Assembly: GCA_048355355.1 (NCBI GenBank)
Contig: DBGCIZ010000160.1
Location: forward strand, 1 to 38,217
Source of the DNA: Christensenellaceae bacterium
Lineage (GTDB): Bacteria > Bacillota > Clostridia > Christensenellales > Christensenellaceae
Length of the DNA stretch: 38,217 nt
Direction of reading: 5' to 3'
Part shown: positions 1 through 7,336 of the stretch, piece after piece
How positions within the stretch are numbered: position 1 is the first letter of the stretch
Layout: each line of letters begins with the position of its first letter
Program-made: the position numbers and the translations under genes
The notes under the pieces: model-generated
What the model was told of the DNA's origin: nothing
Database searches by the model: none
What the model saw: only the letters and a program-made list of their open reading frames with translations

Positions 1-111
1 AAGCCTGCCATTGTGGAGACTGGCGCCAAGGTTATGGTTCCCCTGTTTATCAGCCAGGGAGATAGAATCAGGATTGACACCAGAACCGGCGAATATATGG
101 AACGGGCCTAA
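1..111 (+). CDS. efp: Elongation factor P, C-terminal fragment (5' part outside window)
   Basis: Frame 1 reads [36 protein letters not shown] then TAA (109-111). This matches the conserved EF-P C-terminal ending (VPLFI..GD.I.IDTR.GEY..RA). Confidence 0.85.
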   Translation, partial: KPAIVETGAKVMVPLFISQGDRIRIDTRTGEYMERA

Positions 112-122
112 CAGAGATAGCG

Positions 123-142
123 AGCCCCGCCTTGGCGGGGCT
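123..142 (+). terminator. GC-rich hairpin downstream of efp with a weak U tract
   Basis: AGCCCCGC (123-130) pairs with GCGGGGCT (135-142) around loop CTTG. The following sequence TCTCGAAA is only weakly U-rich. Confidence 0.4.
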
Positions 143-192
143 TCTCGAAAGGTTCATTCTGCGGGGAATTTTACAATTTTAAAAAATTGTTG

Positions 193-221
193 TTGAAATC
201 TTTGCAGGAAGGTAGTATAAT
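193..221 (+). promoter_or_regulatory. SigmaA-type promoter for the tRNA pair
   Basis: TTGAAA (193-198), 17-nt spacer, TATAAT (216-221). The -10 box ends 13 nt upstream of the tRNA-Ala 5' end. Confidence 0.75.
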
Positions 222-234
222 AGCTGTTGTAGAT

Positions 235-310
235 GGGGGTATGGCTCAGTTGGTAGAGCGGTTGCTTCGCATGTAACAGGTCAGCGGTTCGAATCCGCTT
301 ATCTCCACCA
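235..310 (+). tRNA. tRNA-Ala, anticodon CGC
   Basis: 76 nt folded by hand into a cloverleaf. Acceptor GGGGGTA/TATCTCC carries the G3:U70 alanine identity pair. D arm is GCTC-AGTTGGTA-GAGC. Anticodon stem GTTGC/GTAAC with loop TTCGCAT gives anticodon CGC. T arm is AGCGG-TTCGAAT-CCGCT. Discriminator A73 and an encoded CCA are present. Confidence 0.9.
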
Positions 311-313
311 CCT

Positions 314-343
314 GTTGAGGGATTTCGGATGAAATCCCTCAAC
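314..343 (+). other. Perfect 13-bp stem-loop in the spacer between the two tRNAs
   Basis: GTTGAGGGATTTC (314-326), loop GGAT, GAAATCCCTCAAC (331-343). No U tract follows. Confidence 0.8.
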
Positions 344-352
344 GTGAGAAAA

Positions 353-428
353 GGGGGCTTAGCTCAGCTGGGAGAGCGCTTGCTTCACACGCAAGAGGTC
401 GCTGGTTCGAGCCCAGTAGTTCCCACCA
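353..428 (+). tRNA. tRNA-Val, anticodon CAC
   Basis: 76-nt cloverleaf. Acceptor is GGGGGCT/AGTTCCC and D arm is GCTC-AGCTGGGA-GAGC. Anticodon stem CTTGC/GCAAG with loop TTCACAC gives anticodon CAC. T arm is GCTGG-TTCGAGC-CCAGT. A73 and an encoded CCA are present. Confidence 0.9.
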
Positions 429-432
429 TGTC

Positions 433-462
433 GGGACGAGTTTCCACTCGTTCCGATTTTTT
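433..462 (+). terminator. Rho-independent terminator after tRNA-Val
   Basis: 9-bp stem GGGACGAGT/ACTCGTTCC (one G-U pair), loop TTCC, followed by GATTTTTT. Confidence 0.8.
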
Positions 463-581
463 GTGAGATAAAACATGTTCCGCATCAAAAGTCCGAGAAG
501 CTTTTTTGCAGGGATGAGAGGATTTTCCCCCGGCTTGGGCGAAATAAAATAGGAACCCTTGAGAGAAGGAGGAGCCCTGCA

Positions 582-1460
582 ATGGAGCGGACGACAAAGC
601 AAAGGCTGGGGGAGGCGGCGCGCTTTCTAGCCATCAATCTGGCGGGATGCTATGTGTTTGCCATGGGGGTGCAGATGTTTACGACGCCCTTTCAAATTGC
701 CCCGGGCGGGACAACCGGCTTGGCCACCATCGCCAATTATCTTTGGGGTGTGCCGATCGGTACGACGGCCTTTGTCCTCAATATTCCCCTGCTGATTTTG
801 GCCTGGCGGTATTTATCCCGCAATTTTGCCATTCGAAATCTGGTTTCAATTGTGATTTTTTCCCTGTGTACAGACTTATTGGTGACCTGGATGCCGGTGT
901 ATTCCTCCGCGTCTGCCCTGGCGCCTCTGATGGCGGCGCTGTTTGGCGGCATTCTGATGGGGATAGGCAATGCGCTGGTGTATCTGGGCCGGTCTACCAC
1001 CGGCGGCACGGCCATTATCGGCGCCCTGCTGCAAAAGCGGTTCCCCCAGTTTTCCCTGGGGCGGCTGTTGTCTCTGGCCAATTTGATTGTGGTGGTGGCG
1101 TCCATCTTTGCCTTCGGAAATATTGACTCCGCTATTTTCGCCGCTATCTGCATCTATATTTCCGGCATGGTGATGGATAAAATCGTCTATGGCATGAACA
1201 CCAATCGGCTGATTTTCATCATTTCGGATAAGAGCCGGGAGATTGAAGCCTTGATTTTAGAAAAGCTGCACCGTGGTTGCACGGTCCTCCAAGGGGAAGG
1301 CGGTTACCGGCACAGCCAGACGAAGGTAATCTTTTGCGTAGTCAGCAAGGCACAGTTTTACAGGGTTCGCCGCATGGCGCTGAGCGTGGACGAGCATGCT
1401 TTTTTGGTAGGCTGCGAGGCGGGAGATGTGCTTGGCAAGGGCTTTAAGCATGTAGACTGA
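582..1460 (+). CDS. YitT-family membrane protein (DUF2179 C-terminal domain)
   Basis: 292-aa ORF with SD AAGGAGGAG 8 nt upstream. It has several hydrophobic helices followed by a soluble C-terminal domain, GCTVLQGEGGYRHSQTKVIFCVVSKAQFYRVRR...DVLGKGF, typical of YitT/DUF2179 proteins. Confidence 0.8.
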   Translation: MERTTKQRLGEAARFLAINLAGCYVFAMGVQMFTTPFQIAPGGTTGLATIANYLWGVPIGTTAFVLNIPLLILAWRYLSRNFAIRNLVSIVIFSLCTDLLVTWMPVYSSASALAPLMAALFGGILMGIGNALVYLGRSTTGGTAIIGALLQKRFPQFSLGRLLSLANLIVVVASIFAFGNIDSAIFAAICIYISGMVMDKIVYGMNTNRLIFIISDKSREIEALILEKLHRGCTVLQGEGGYRHSQTKVIFCVVSKAQFYRVRRMALSVDEHAFLVGCEAGDVLGKGFKHVD

Positions 1461-1487
1461 GATGGAAGAGAGCGTAAAGCATGAAAG

Positions 1488-1513
1488 GAGCCGCCCTGCA
1501 AAAAGAGCGGCTC
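1488..1513. terminator. Hairpin between the convergent YitT and dehydrogenase genes
   Basis: GAGCCGC (1488-1494) pairs with GCGGCTC (1507-1513) around a 12-nt loop. Both flanks are moderately T-rich on their own strand. Confidence 0.5.
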
Positions 1514-1519
1514 TCAATT

Positions 1520-2647
1520 TTATTCCTCTGCAATTTCAAAAATCGCCTTGATGACCTCATCGCCCTTTTCGATTTTGGCAAAAATGTCCTCTGCTGCCTC
1601 GGCAGTCAGGGGAATGCGGTGGGTAATGATATCGTCAAAGTCCAGGCGGCCCAGCAGCTTCATGGTAAGCTCCGGGTTGGGATAAACCCGGTTGCTGCGG
1701 AAAGTTTCCTGCATGGGGCAGGTAATTTTTACGCCTTTAAAGTGGATGTAGCTCCAGTCCACCAGGACGGGCTCGCAACAGGCGCCAATCTGGCCGATGC
1801 TGCCGCCGAAGCGGACCACATAGGGCAGAATTCGAATGGTATCCGGCACGCCTGCTGCCTCGATGACGATTTTGCAGCCCTGGCCGTTGGTGAGATCCTC
1901 TACGGCGTGAACCACGTTCTGCGCGGTTGGGTCGATGACGGCGTCTGCGCCGTATTTTTTGGAGAGCTCCCGCCTTGCGGCAACAGGCTCTGAGGTGATG
2001 ATTCTATCGGCACCGTAGATTTTGCAAAGCTGGGTGGCGATCAGACCCAGAGAGCCCTGGCCCAGAATGAGCACGTCGTCTCCAACGGAGACAAGCTGTT
2101 TCACCACGTTATGGACGACGCCGACAGGCTCGTAAAGGGAGGCCACGTCGTTGCTCATGCCGTCCGGAACCTTGACGCATTCCGTAGGGGTGGAGATGAC
2201 GTATTCGCCGAAGCCACCCAGGGCGGCGACGAGCGAAACCCTATCTCCCACCTGGAAGGTGGGGCCCATATGCATCATGTTTTTGGTGGCCGTGCCGTAA
2301 TGGGTCTGGTGCTGCGGCCCCATTTTTACGATGACGCCCATGCCCTCGTGGCCCATGGTGGTGGGGTAGGGCTTCAGAGGATAGTGGTTTTTGGGGTAGA
2401 CGTCTGAAAGCTCGTCGGGGATTCTGCCGTCCCAAATGCGGAAATCGTGGGGATACATGAAGCGGATTTGGTGGTCATGGGGCGGATGCTCTGCCCGGAC
2501 GGTGTTTAAATCTGTCTGATTACAGATAGAGGAGCTGAGCATTTTGACCAGGAATTCCCCCACGCCGGGCTCTGGAAAAGGCCGTTCGACCAGCTCCCAG
2601 GGGCCGCCTTTTCCGGTTAAGACAAGCTGCTTAAAGGTGTTTGCCAT
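1520..2647 (-). CDS. Zinc-type MDR-superfamily polyol/alcohol dehydrogenase, paralog 1
   Basis: The ORF track gives 1520..2800. I trimmed the start to ATG 2647 (MANTFKQLVL...), which has SD GCAGGAGGAAACC. MDR hallmarks are ICNQTD, GHEGMG and the Rossmann motif ILGQGSLG. Length is 375 aa. Confidence 0.8.
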   Translation of the reverse strand: MANTFKQLVLTGKGGPWELVERPFPEPGVGEFLVKMLSSSICNQTDLNTVRAEHPPHDHQIRFMYPHDFRIWDGRIPDELSDVYPKNHYPLKPYPTTMGHEGMGVIVKMGPQHQTHYGTATKNMMHMGPTFQVGDRVSLVAALGGFGEYVISTPTECVKVPDGMSNDVASLYEPVGVVHNVVKQLVSVGDDVLILGQGSLGLIATQLCKIYGADRIITSEPVAARRELSKKYGADAVIDPTAQNVVHAVEDLTNGQGCKIVIEAAGVPDTIRILPYVVRFGGSIGQIGACCEPVLVDWSYIHFKGVKITCPMQETFRSNRVYPNPELTMKLLGRLDFDDIITHRIPLTAEAAEDIFAKIEKGDEVIKAIFEIAEE

Positions 2648-2714
2648 GTTTGGTTTCCTCCTGCATATTTTTGATTCTACTATTCCATAGCCACGGCCCA
2701 TTGTAAATTGACAG

Positions 2715-2743
2715 ATAGCGCAGATTGAGAAGAACTGCGCATA
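2715..2743. promoter_or_regulatory. Inverted repeat upstream of dehydrogenase paralog 1
   Basis: ATAGCGCAG (2715-2723) and CTGCGCATA (2735-2743). The core GCGCAG-N11-CTGCGC is a perfect 6-bp inverted repeat, 70-100 nt upstream of ATG 2647. Confidence 0.45.
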
Positions 2744-2759
2744 GAGCAGAGAATGTACC

Positions 2760-2786
2760 AAAAAAACCGCCCCCATCTGGGAGCGG
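2760..2786 (-). terminator. Rho-independent terminator after dehydrogenase paralog 2
   Basis: On the minus strand, CCGCTCCC, loop AGAT, GGGGGCGG, followed by TTTTTTT. Confidence 0.85.
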
Positions 2787-2802
2787 CCTGCGGCATACAA
2801 CC

Positions 2803-3930
2803 TTATTTGTCAGCGATTTCATAGACGGCTTTGACAACCTCGTCGCCCTTGTCAATTTTGGCGAAGATATCGTTTGTGGCCTCTACGGTCAACGGGATGC
2901 GATGGGTAATCATGCTTTCCAAATCCATCATCTGCATCATCCGCATGGTCAAATCATCCATGGGGTTCAGCAGGTTGCGAACAAAGGTGGACTGAATCTG
3001 GCAGGTGATTTTGACGCCCTTAAAGTGGATATAGCTCCAGTCTACCAGCACGGGCACACAGCAAGCGCCAATCTGGCCGATGCTGCCGCCAAATTTGACT
3101 ACGTAGGGAAGAATGCTGGTGGTTTCGGGGACGCCTGCGCACTCGAGAACAACCCGGCAACCCTCGCCATCTGTCAAATCCTCAACGGCGTGGACGATGT
3201 TTTCCTTGGTCGGGTCGATAACGGCGTCTGCGCCGAATTTTTTGGAAAGCTCCCGCTTAAAGGCAACGGGCTCTGCCGTAATGATTCTGGTCGCGCCGTA
3301 GATTTTTGCCAGCTGCGTCGCCATGAGGCCCAAGCAACCCTGGCCGAGAACCAGAACATCGTCGCCGGGGGTGACAACCTGCCGGACTACATTATGCACG
3401 ACGTAAACGGGCTCATACAGAGATGCGACTTCGTCGGGCATGTCATCCGGAGCGAGAACGCACTCGCTGGGGTCGGAGATGACGTATTCGCCATAGCCGC
3501 CCACAGTGGAAACCAGCGCAACGCGGTCGCCAATTTGGAAGGGGCGGCGCCCCATATTGTGCATATTTTTCGTATCTCCGTGGTGATTTTCTGGCATTGG
3601 CCCCATTTTTACGATAATACCCATGCCCTCGTGCCCCATAGTGGTGGGGTAAGGCTCAATGGGAACCCGACGCTTTGGATAGTACTGAGAAAGCTCGTCG
3701 GGAATCCGATTATCCCATACGCGCAAATCGTGGGGATTCATAAAATGAGTCTGAAAGTCATGGGGGGGATGCAATGCCTTGATGGTGTTTAAATCAGTCT
3801 GGCCGCAAATAGAAGAGCGGAGTACTTTGACTAAAAACTGACCGACGCCAGGCTCTGGGATTGGCTTTTCGACCAATTCCCACGGGCCGCCCTTGCCCAT
3901 TAAAACGAGTTGCTTAAATGTTTCTGCCAT
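2803..3930 (-). CDS. Zinc-type MDR-superfamily polyol/alcohol dehydrogenase, paralog 2
   Basis: Trimmed to ATG 3930 (MAETFKQLVL...) with SD CAGGAGG. Length is 375 aa. It aligns colinearly with paralog 1 at roughly 70% identity by eye. Confidence 0.8.
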   Translation of the reverse strand: MAETFKQLVLMGKGGPWELVEKPIPEPGVGQFLVKVLRSSICGQTDLNTIKALHPPHDFQTHFMNPHDLRVWDNRIPDELSQYYPKRRVPIEPYPTTMGHEGMGIIVKMGPMPENHHGDTKNMHNMGRRPFQIGDRVALVSTVGGYGEYVISDPSECVLAPDDMPDEVASLYEPVYVVHNVVRQVVTPGDDVLVLGQGCLGLMATQLAKIYGATRIITAEPVAFKRELSKKFGADAVIDPTKENIVHAVEDLTDGEGCRVVLECAGVPETTSILPYVVKFGGSIGQIGACCVPVLVDWSYIHFKGVKITCQIQSTFVRNLLNPMDDLTMRMMQMMDLESMITHRIPLTVEATNDIFAKIDKGDEVVKAVYEIADK

Positions 3931-4011
3931 GGTTAAGACCTCCTGTGAATATGTGTGTTGATAGTTTTGAGCAGGGCACATCCCCGCAATCCTATATTTT
4001 TATGGAAACCT

Positions 4012-4086
4012 GATAGTTTCACTATCGCACAGAGCGGAAGGACTGTAAACTAACAATTCCGGTTGTTTTGCGCAAAATCGCACAGA
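4012..4086 (-). promoter_or_regulatory. Candidate promoter and operator cluster upstream of dehydrogenase paralog 2
   Basis: On the minus strand, TTTACA (4049-4044), 17 nt, then TGc-GATAGT (4026-4021). The -10 box lies inside the inverted repeat GATAGT-TTC-ACTATC (4012-4026). There is a perfect 12-bp palindrome TTTTGCGCAAAA (4066-4077). The decamer ATCGCACAGA occurs twice, at 4024-4033 and 4077-4086. Confidence 0.45.
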
Positions 4087-4194
4087 TTGGGACATTTGTA
4101 TAAAAACTTCACTTTTATTTACTATTTAATAGTAGTATACGGCTGTCCTTCAAAAAAAGCAAGAGACATTTGGGAAAAAATGTACCATCAAATG

Positions 4195-4224
4195 AAAAAG
4201 ACCCGCTCCCCAGGGAAGCAGGTC
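4195..4224 (-). terminator. Rho-independent terminator after the FGGY kinase gene
   Basis: On the minus strand, GACCTGC, 11-nt loop, GCGGGTC (one G-U pair), then TTTTTC. Confidence 0.75.
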
Positions 4225-4241
4225 TCGAAAGTAAGCTGCGC

Positions 4242-5738
4242 TTATTTGGCCAGACGGTCGTTGATAGGCTCAAGAGCGTGGTAGGTATCCTCAAAGATTT
4301 GCAAAAGCTCCTCATAGACCGCATGGTTTTCCATGTTGGGCTCGTTGGTGGCCTCGATTTTGATAAGCTTCTTGGCCTCCTGGAAGTTGGGGAACAGCCC
4401 CACACCCACGGCCGCAATCATGACTGCGCCGAAGCTGGTGGCCTCTTCAACAGTCTGGGGACGGTGGATGGTCATGCCGAACATGTCCGCAAAAATCTGC
4501 CGCCAGACAGAGCCCTTGGCTCCGCCGCCAATCATATTCATCTCCTTGCCGAAGGAGCGGAAGTGGCTAATGTCGTTATAAATCAGCTTCATGTTCATGG
4601 CCACGCCCTCCAGCACGGCGCGAAGCATATCGCTCTTTTCGTGGTAGCCCCGCAGGCCGATGAAGGCGCCGCGGGCTTTGGTGTTCCACCAGGGAGACCG
4701 CTCGCCCATGAGATAGGGCAGATAGAGAACGCCGTTGGCACCCGCAGGGGATTTTTCAATCATCTCGTTGATTTCCTGATAGGAAATAGGCTGGTTGAAG
4801 AACTGCTTTCTAGCCCAGTGATAGGAAAGGCCGCCTGCCTGCATGGTGCCTGCCAGCACATATTTGCCGTCTACAGCCAGGGGCTGGAGCTGCAGCCTGC
4901 CGTAAGGATCGTAGGTATATTCGTCAATGACGTAGGACAGCCAGGTAGACGTTCCTACGCAGGCGTAGGCATCCCCCGCTTCAATGGCGCCAGCGCCCAG
5001 AGCTGCGCAGGGGCCGTCTCCAGCGCCGGCAACTACGGGAGTACCAGCGGCAATGCCCAGCTCAGCCGCGGCCTGGCTGGTCACCTCGCCCACGATAGCA
5101 GTGGAGGGCACAATCTTGGGGAATTTATCTCCGTCAATGCCGGAGGCATCCAGCAGCGCAGCGGAAAGCTTCCGCTCCTGCATGTCGTACATCTGGGAGA
5201 AGGCTGCGTCCGTATGGTCTGTGGTGAAGTTGCCGGTCATCCGGTAGGCAATGTAGTCCTTAGCGGGCAGGACGACGAAGGTATCCCGGTAAATCTCCGG
5301 CTGATGCTCCTTAATCCACATCAGCTTTTCGACGATATAGTTGGCGGAAAGCTGCTGGCCCGTAATCCGGCAGCCCTCAGAGAGCCCGCCGATGCGCTCG
5401 GTGAGCAAATCGGCCTCCTTGGTGGCGCGGGAATCCTGCCAGATAATGCTGTTGGTCAGCGGCGTGCCGTTTTTATCCAGGCACAGGCAGCCCATGCTCT
5501 GGCCAGAGAAGGCCACGGCCACGACAGATTTGGGGTCGCGCCCCTCCATAATGCGGGAGGTTGTGGAGCAGACGGCGCTCCACCAGTCGTTGGGGTCCTG
5601 TTCAGCCCAGGTACCGTGGGAATAATGAGTTTCGTAGGAACAGACGGCGCTGGCCACAAGCTGGCCGTCAGCAGAATACAATGATGCTTTGTTGCCCGAC
5701 GTACCGAGGTCGTGGGCCAAGATAAGTTTTTCTGACAT
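4242..5738 (-). CDS. FGGY-family carbohydrate kinase (xylulokinase-like)
   Basis: 498 aa with SD AGGAG. The N-terminus MSEKLILAHDLGTSGNKASLY....EQDPNDWW and the length fit FGGY sugar kinases (XylB/GlpK family). Confidence 0.85.
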   Translation of the reverse strand: MSEKLILAHDLGTSGNKASLYSADGQLVASAVCSYETHYSHGTWAEQDPNDWWSAVCSTTSRIMEGRDPKSVVAVAFSGQSMGCLCLDKNGTPLTNSIIWQDSRATKEADLLTERIGGLSEGCRITGQQLSANYIVEKLMWIKEHQPEIYRDTFVVLPAKDYIAYRMTGNFTTDHTDAAFSQMYDMQERKLSAALLDASGIDGDKFPKIVPSTAIVGEVTSQAAAELGIAAGTPVVAGAGDGPCAALGAGAIEAGDAYACVGTSTWLSYVIDEYTYDPYGRLQLQPLAVDGKYVLAGTMQAGGLSYHWARKQFFNQPISYQEINEMIEKSPAGANGVLYLPYLMGERSPWWNTKARGAFIGLRGYHEKSDMLRAVLEGVAMNMKLIYNDISHFRSFGKEMNMIGGGAKGSVWRQIFADMFGMTIHRPQTVEEATSFGAVMIAAVGVGLFPNFQEAKKLIKIEATNEPNMENHAVYEELLQIFEDTYHALEPINDRLAK

Positions 5739-5789
5739 AGCAATACTCCTAACGTAGTTTTTCTGAAATAAGAGGTTTTCGTTTAGCCT

Positions 5790-5818
5790 ATTATAGCAAA
5801 TCTCAGTGTGAAGTGCAA
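5790..5818 (-). promoter_or_regulatory. SigmaA-type promoter for the kinase gene
   Basis: On the minus strand, TTGCAC, 17 nt, TGc-TATAAT (extended -10), about 50 nt upstream of ATG 5738. Confidence 0.7.
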
Positions 5819-5853
5819 AATAAAATCCGGCGCCCGTTGCCGGGCGGACCGGA
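5817..5853 (-). terminator. Rho-independent terminator after the aldolase pair
   Basis: On the minus strand, TCCGGTCCGCCCG, loop GCAA, CGGGCGCCGGA (2-nt bulge), then TTTTATTTT. Confidence 0.9.
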
Positions 5854-5864
5854 TAAGGGACAGG

Positions 5865-6536
5865 TTATTTGTTCAGCTCTTCAATGATGCCCACGGTTTT
5901 GGCATTGCTCAGGCCAAACCGGGTCACGCCGAGGGCCTTCAGCTCCTCAATCATGGGCAGGCCCTGAACGCCGCCGGCCGCCTTAATCTGGCATTTGTCG
6001 CCCACGGCATCCTTGAGGATTTTCACCGCCTCAATGGTGGTTGGGCCAAAGAAGCCAGTGCTGGTCTTGACAAAATCGGCGCCGCCCTCTGCCACGATTT
6101 CGGAGGCGATTTTAATCTCCTCGTCTGTCAAGAGAGGCGTATGGATAATGACCTTGAGGATTTTGGAGGTGACGGCGCGGATGGCCTTAATCTCCTTTAA
6201 AACCTCGTCATACATGCGGGAGCGGAGCATGGAGATATTCATGAACATATCCAGCTCGCCGCAGCCAATCTCCACCCAGTGCTTCGCCATGGCAACCTTG
6301 CACGCTACAGGAGGCTCGCCAATGCCAAGCGCCTCGCCAATGGCGCCGCCTACCAGGGTGTCCGTCCCCTTCAGCTGCTCAATCATGTATTCATTGTAGC
6401 AGGAGAGGCCGTAGATGAGATGATAGTGGTATTTTTTCGCATCCTCTACCAGCTTTTTAATATCGTCAAAGGTATCCCGGGGGTTGATGGCAACGGAATC
6501 CACCATCCGCGCAAATGCAAGGGCTTTTTCTGTCAT
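5865..6536 (-). CDS. DeoC-family class I aldolase (deoxyribose-phosphate-aldolase-like), paralog 1
   Basis: Trimmed to ATG 6536 (MTEKALAFARMVDS...) with SD CAGGAGG. Length is 223 aa. It carries the DERA-type Schiff-base motif DFVKTSTGF, the second lysine motif QIKAAGGV, and ELDMF. Confidence 0.8.
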   Translation of the reverse strand: MTEKALAFARMVDSVAINPRDTFDDIKKLVEDAKKYHYHLIYGLSCYNEYMIEQLKGTDTLVGGAIGEALGIGEPPVACKVAMAKHWVEIGCGELDMFMNISMLRSRMYDEVLKEIKAIRAVTSKILKVIIHTPLLTDEEIKIASEIVAEGGADFVKTSTGFFGPTTIEAVKILKDAVGDKCQIKAAGGVQGLPMIEELKALGVTRFGLSNAKTVGIIEELNK

Positions 6537-6570
6537 GAGAAACACCTCCTGAATGTGTCTGCCCAAGGGC

Positions 6571-7242
6571 TTATTTGTTCAATTCTTCCATAATGCCGAC
6601 GGTCTTTGTGTTGCTGAGCCCGAATCTGGTTACGCCGAGGGCCTTCAGCTCCTCAATCATGGGCAGACCCTGAACACCGCCAGCCGCCTTAATCTGGCAT
6701 TTGCCGCCAATGGCATCCTTGATGATTTTCACTGCCTCAATGGTGGTTGGGCCGTAGAAGCCGGAGCCGGTTTTGACGAAATCGCCGCCACCCTCCACCA
6801 CGATTTGAGAGGCGATTTTAATCTCCTCGTCCGTCAAGAGGGGCGTATGGATGATGACCTTTAAAATGCTGGGAGCAGCAGCCCGAATAGCCTTGACCTC
6901 CTTCAGCACCTCGTCATACATGCCGGAACGGAGCATGGGGATATTCATAAACATATCCAGCTCGCCGCAGCCAATCTCAGTCCAATGCTTGGCCATGGCG
7001 ACCTTAAATTCGGTAGGCTCTTCGCCAACGCCGGTGGCGTTGCCCACGGCGCCGCCCACCATGGTGTCCGTCCCCTTCAGCTGCTCAATCATGTATTCAT
7101 TGAAGCAGGCTACGCCGTAAATGAGAAAGTAGTGGTATTTCTTCGCGTCTGCCACAAGCTGCTTGATGTCGTCAAAGGTGTTGCGGGCATTGATGGCAAC
7201 GGAATCTACCATTCTTGCGAATGCGAGGGCTTTGTCTGTCAT
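6571..7242 (-). CDS. DeoC-family class I aldolase, paralog 2
   Basis: Trimmed to ATG 7242 (MTDKALAFARMVDS...) with SD GGAGG. Length is 223 aa. I counted about 37 differences from paralog 1 by eye (about 83% identity). The Schiff-base motif is DFVKTGSGF. Confidence 0.8.
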   Translation of the reverse strand: MTDKALAFARMVDSVAINARNTFDDIKQLVADAKKYHYFLIYGVACFNEYMIEQLKGTDTMVGGAVGNATGVGEEPTEFKVAMAKHWTEIGCGELDMFMNIPMLRSGMYDEVLKEVKAIRAAAPSILKVIIHTPLLTDEEIKIASQIVVEGGGDFVKTGSGFYGPTTIEAVKIIKDAIGGKCQIKAAGGVQGLPMIEELKALGVTRFGLSNTKTVGIMEELNK

Positions 7243-7271
7243 AAGTGATACCTCCAAACCTGATATAAAAT

Positions 7272-7286
7272 ATAGAAGCCTTCTAT
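7272..7286. promoter_or_regulatory. Perfect dyad in the 5' leader of the aldolase operon
   Basis: ATAGAAG-C-CTTCTAT has 7-bp arms. It lies between the predicted -10 box (7308-7313) and the SD/ATG (7242). Confidence 0.45.
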
Positions 7287-7307
7287 CATATAACGTCCTA
7301 TATCGTC

Positions 7308-7336
7308 ATGTTAGCATGCGAGCCGGCTTTCGTCAA
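7308..7336 (-). promoter_or_regulatory. SigmaA-type promoter for the aldolase pair
   Basis: On the minus strand, TTGACG, 17 nt, TGc-TAACAT. Confidence 0.7.

Noticed and set aside
235-428. The tRNA genes as a possible integration site for a genomic island or prophage.
   Set aside because: I found no integrase, transposase or phage genes anywhere in the window. I also noticed no direct repeat of either tRNA 3' end downstream, although this was a by-eye check and not exhaustive.
1520-2800. ORF-track 5' extensions of many genes, for example 2648-2800, 3931-3981, 6537-6566, 7243-7257, 13084-13185, 15215-15310, 17854-17886, 21551-21580, 22491-22568, 23361-23453, 26121-26153, 32696-32734 and 33010-33036.
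   Set aside because: In each case an internal ATG is preceded by a well-spaced GGAGG-type SD and gives the N-terminus typical for the family. The extensions run through terminators, promoters or the upstream gene.
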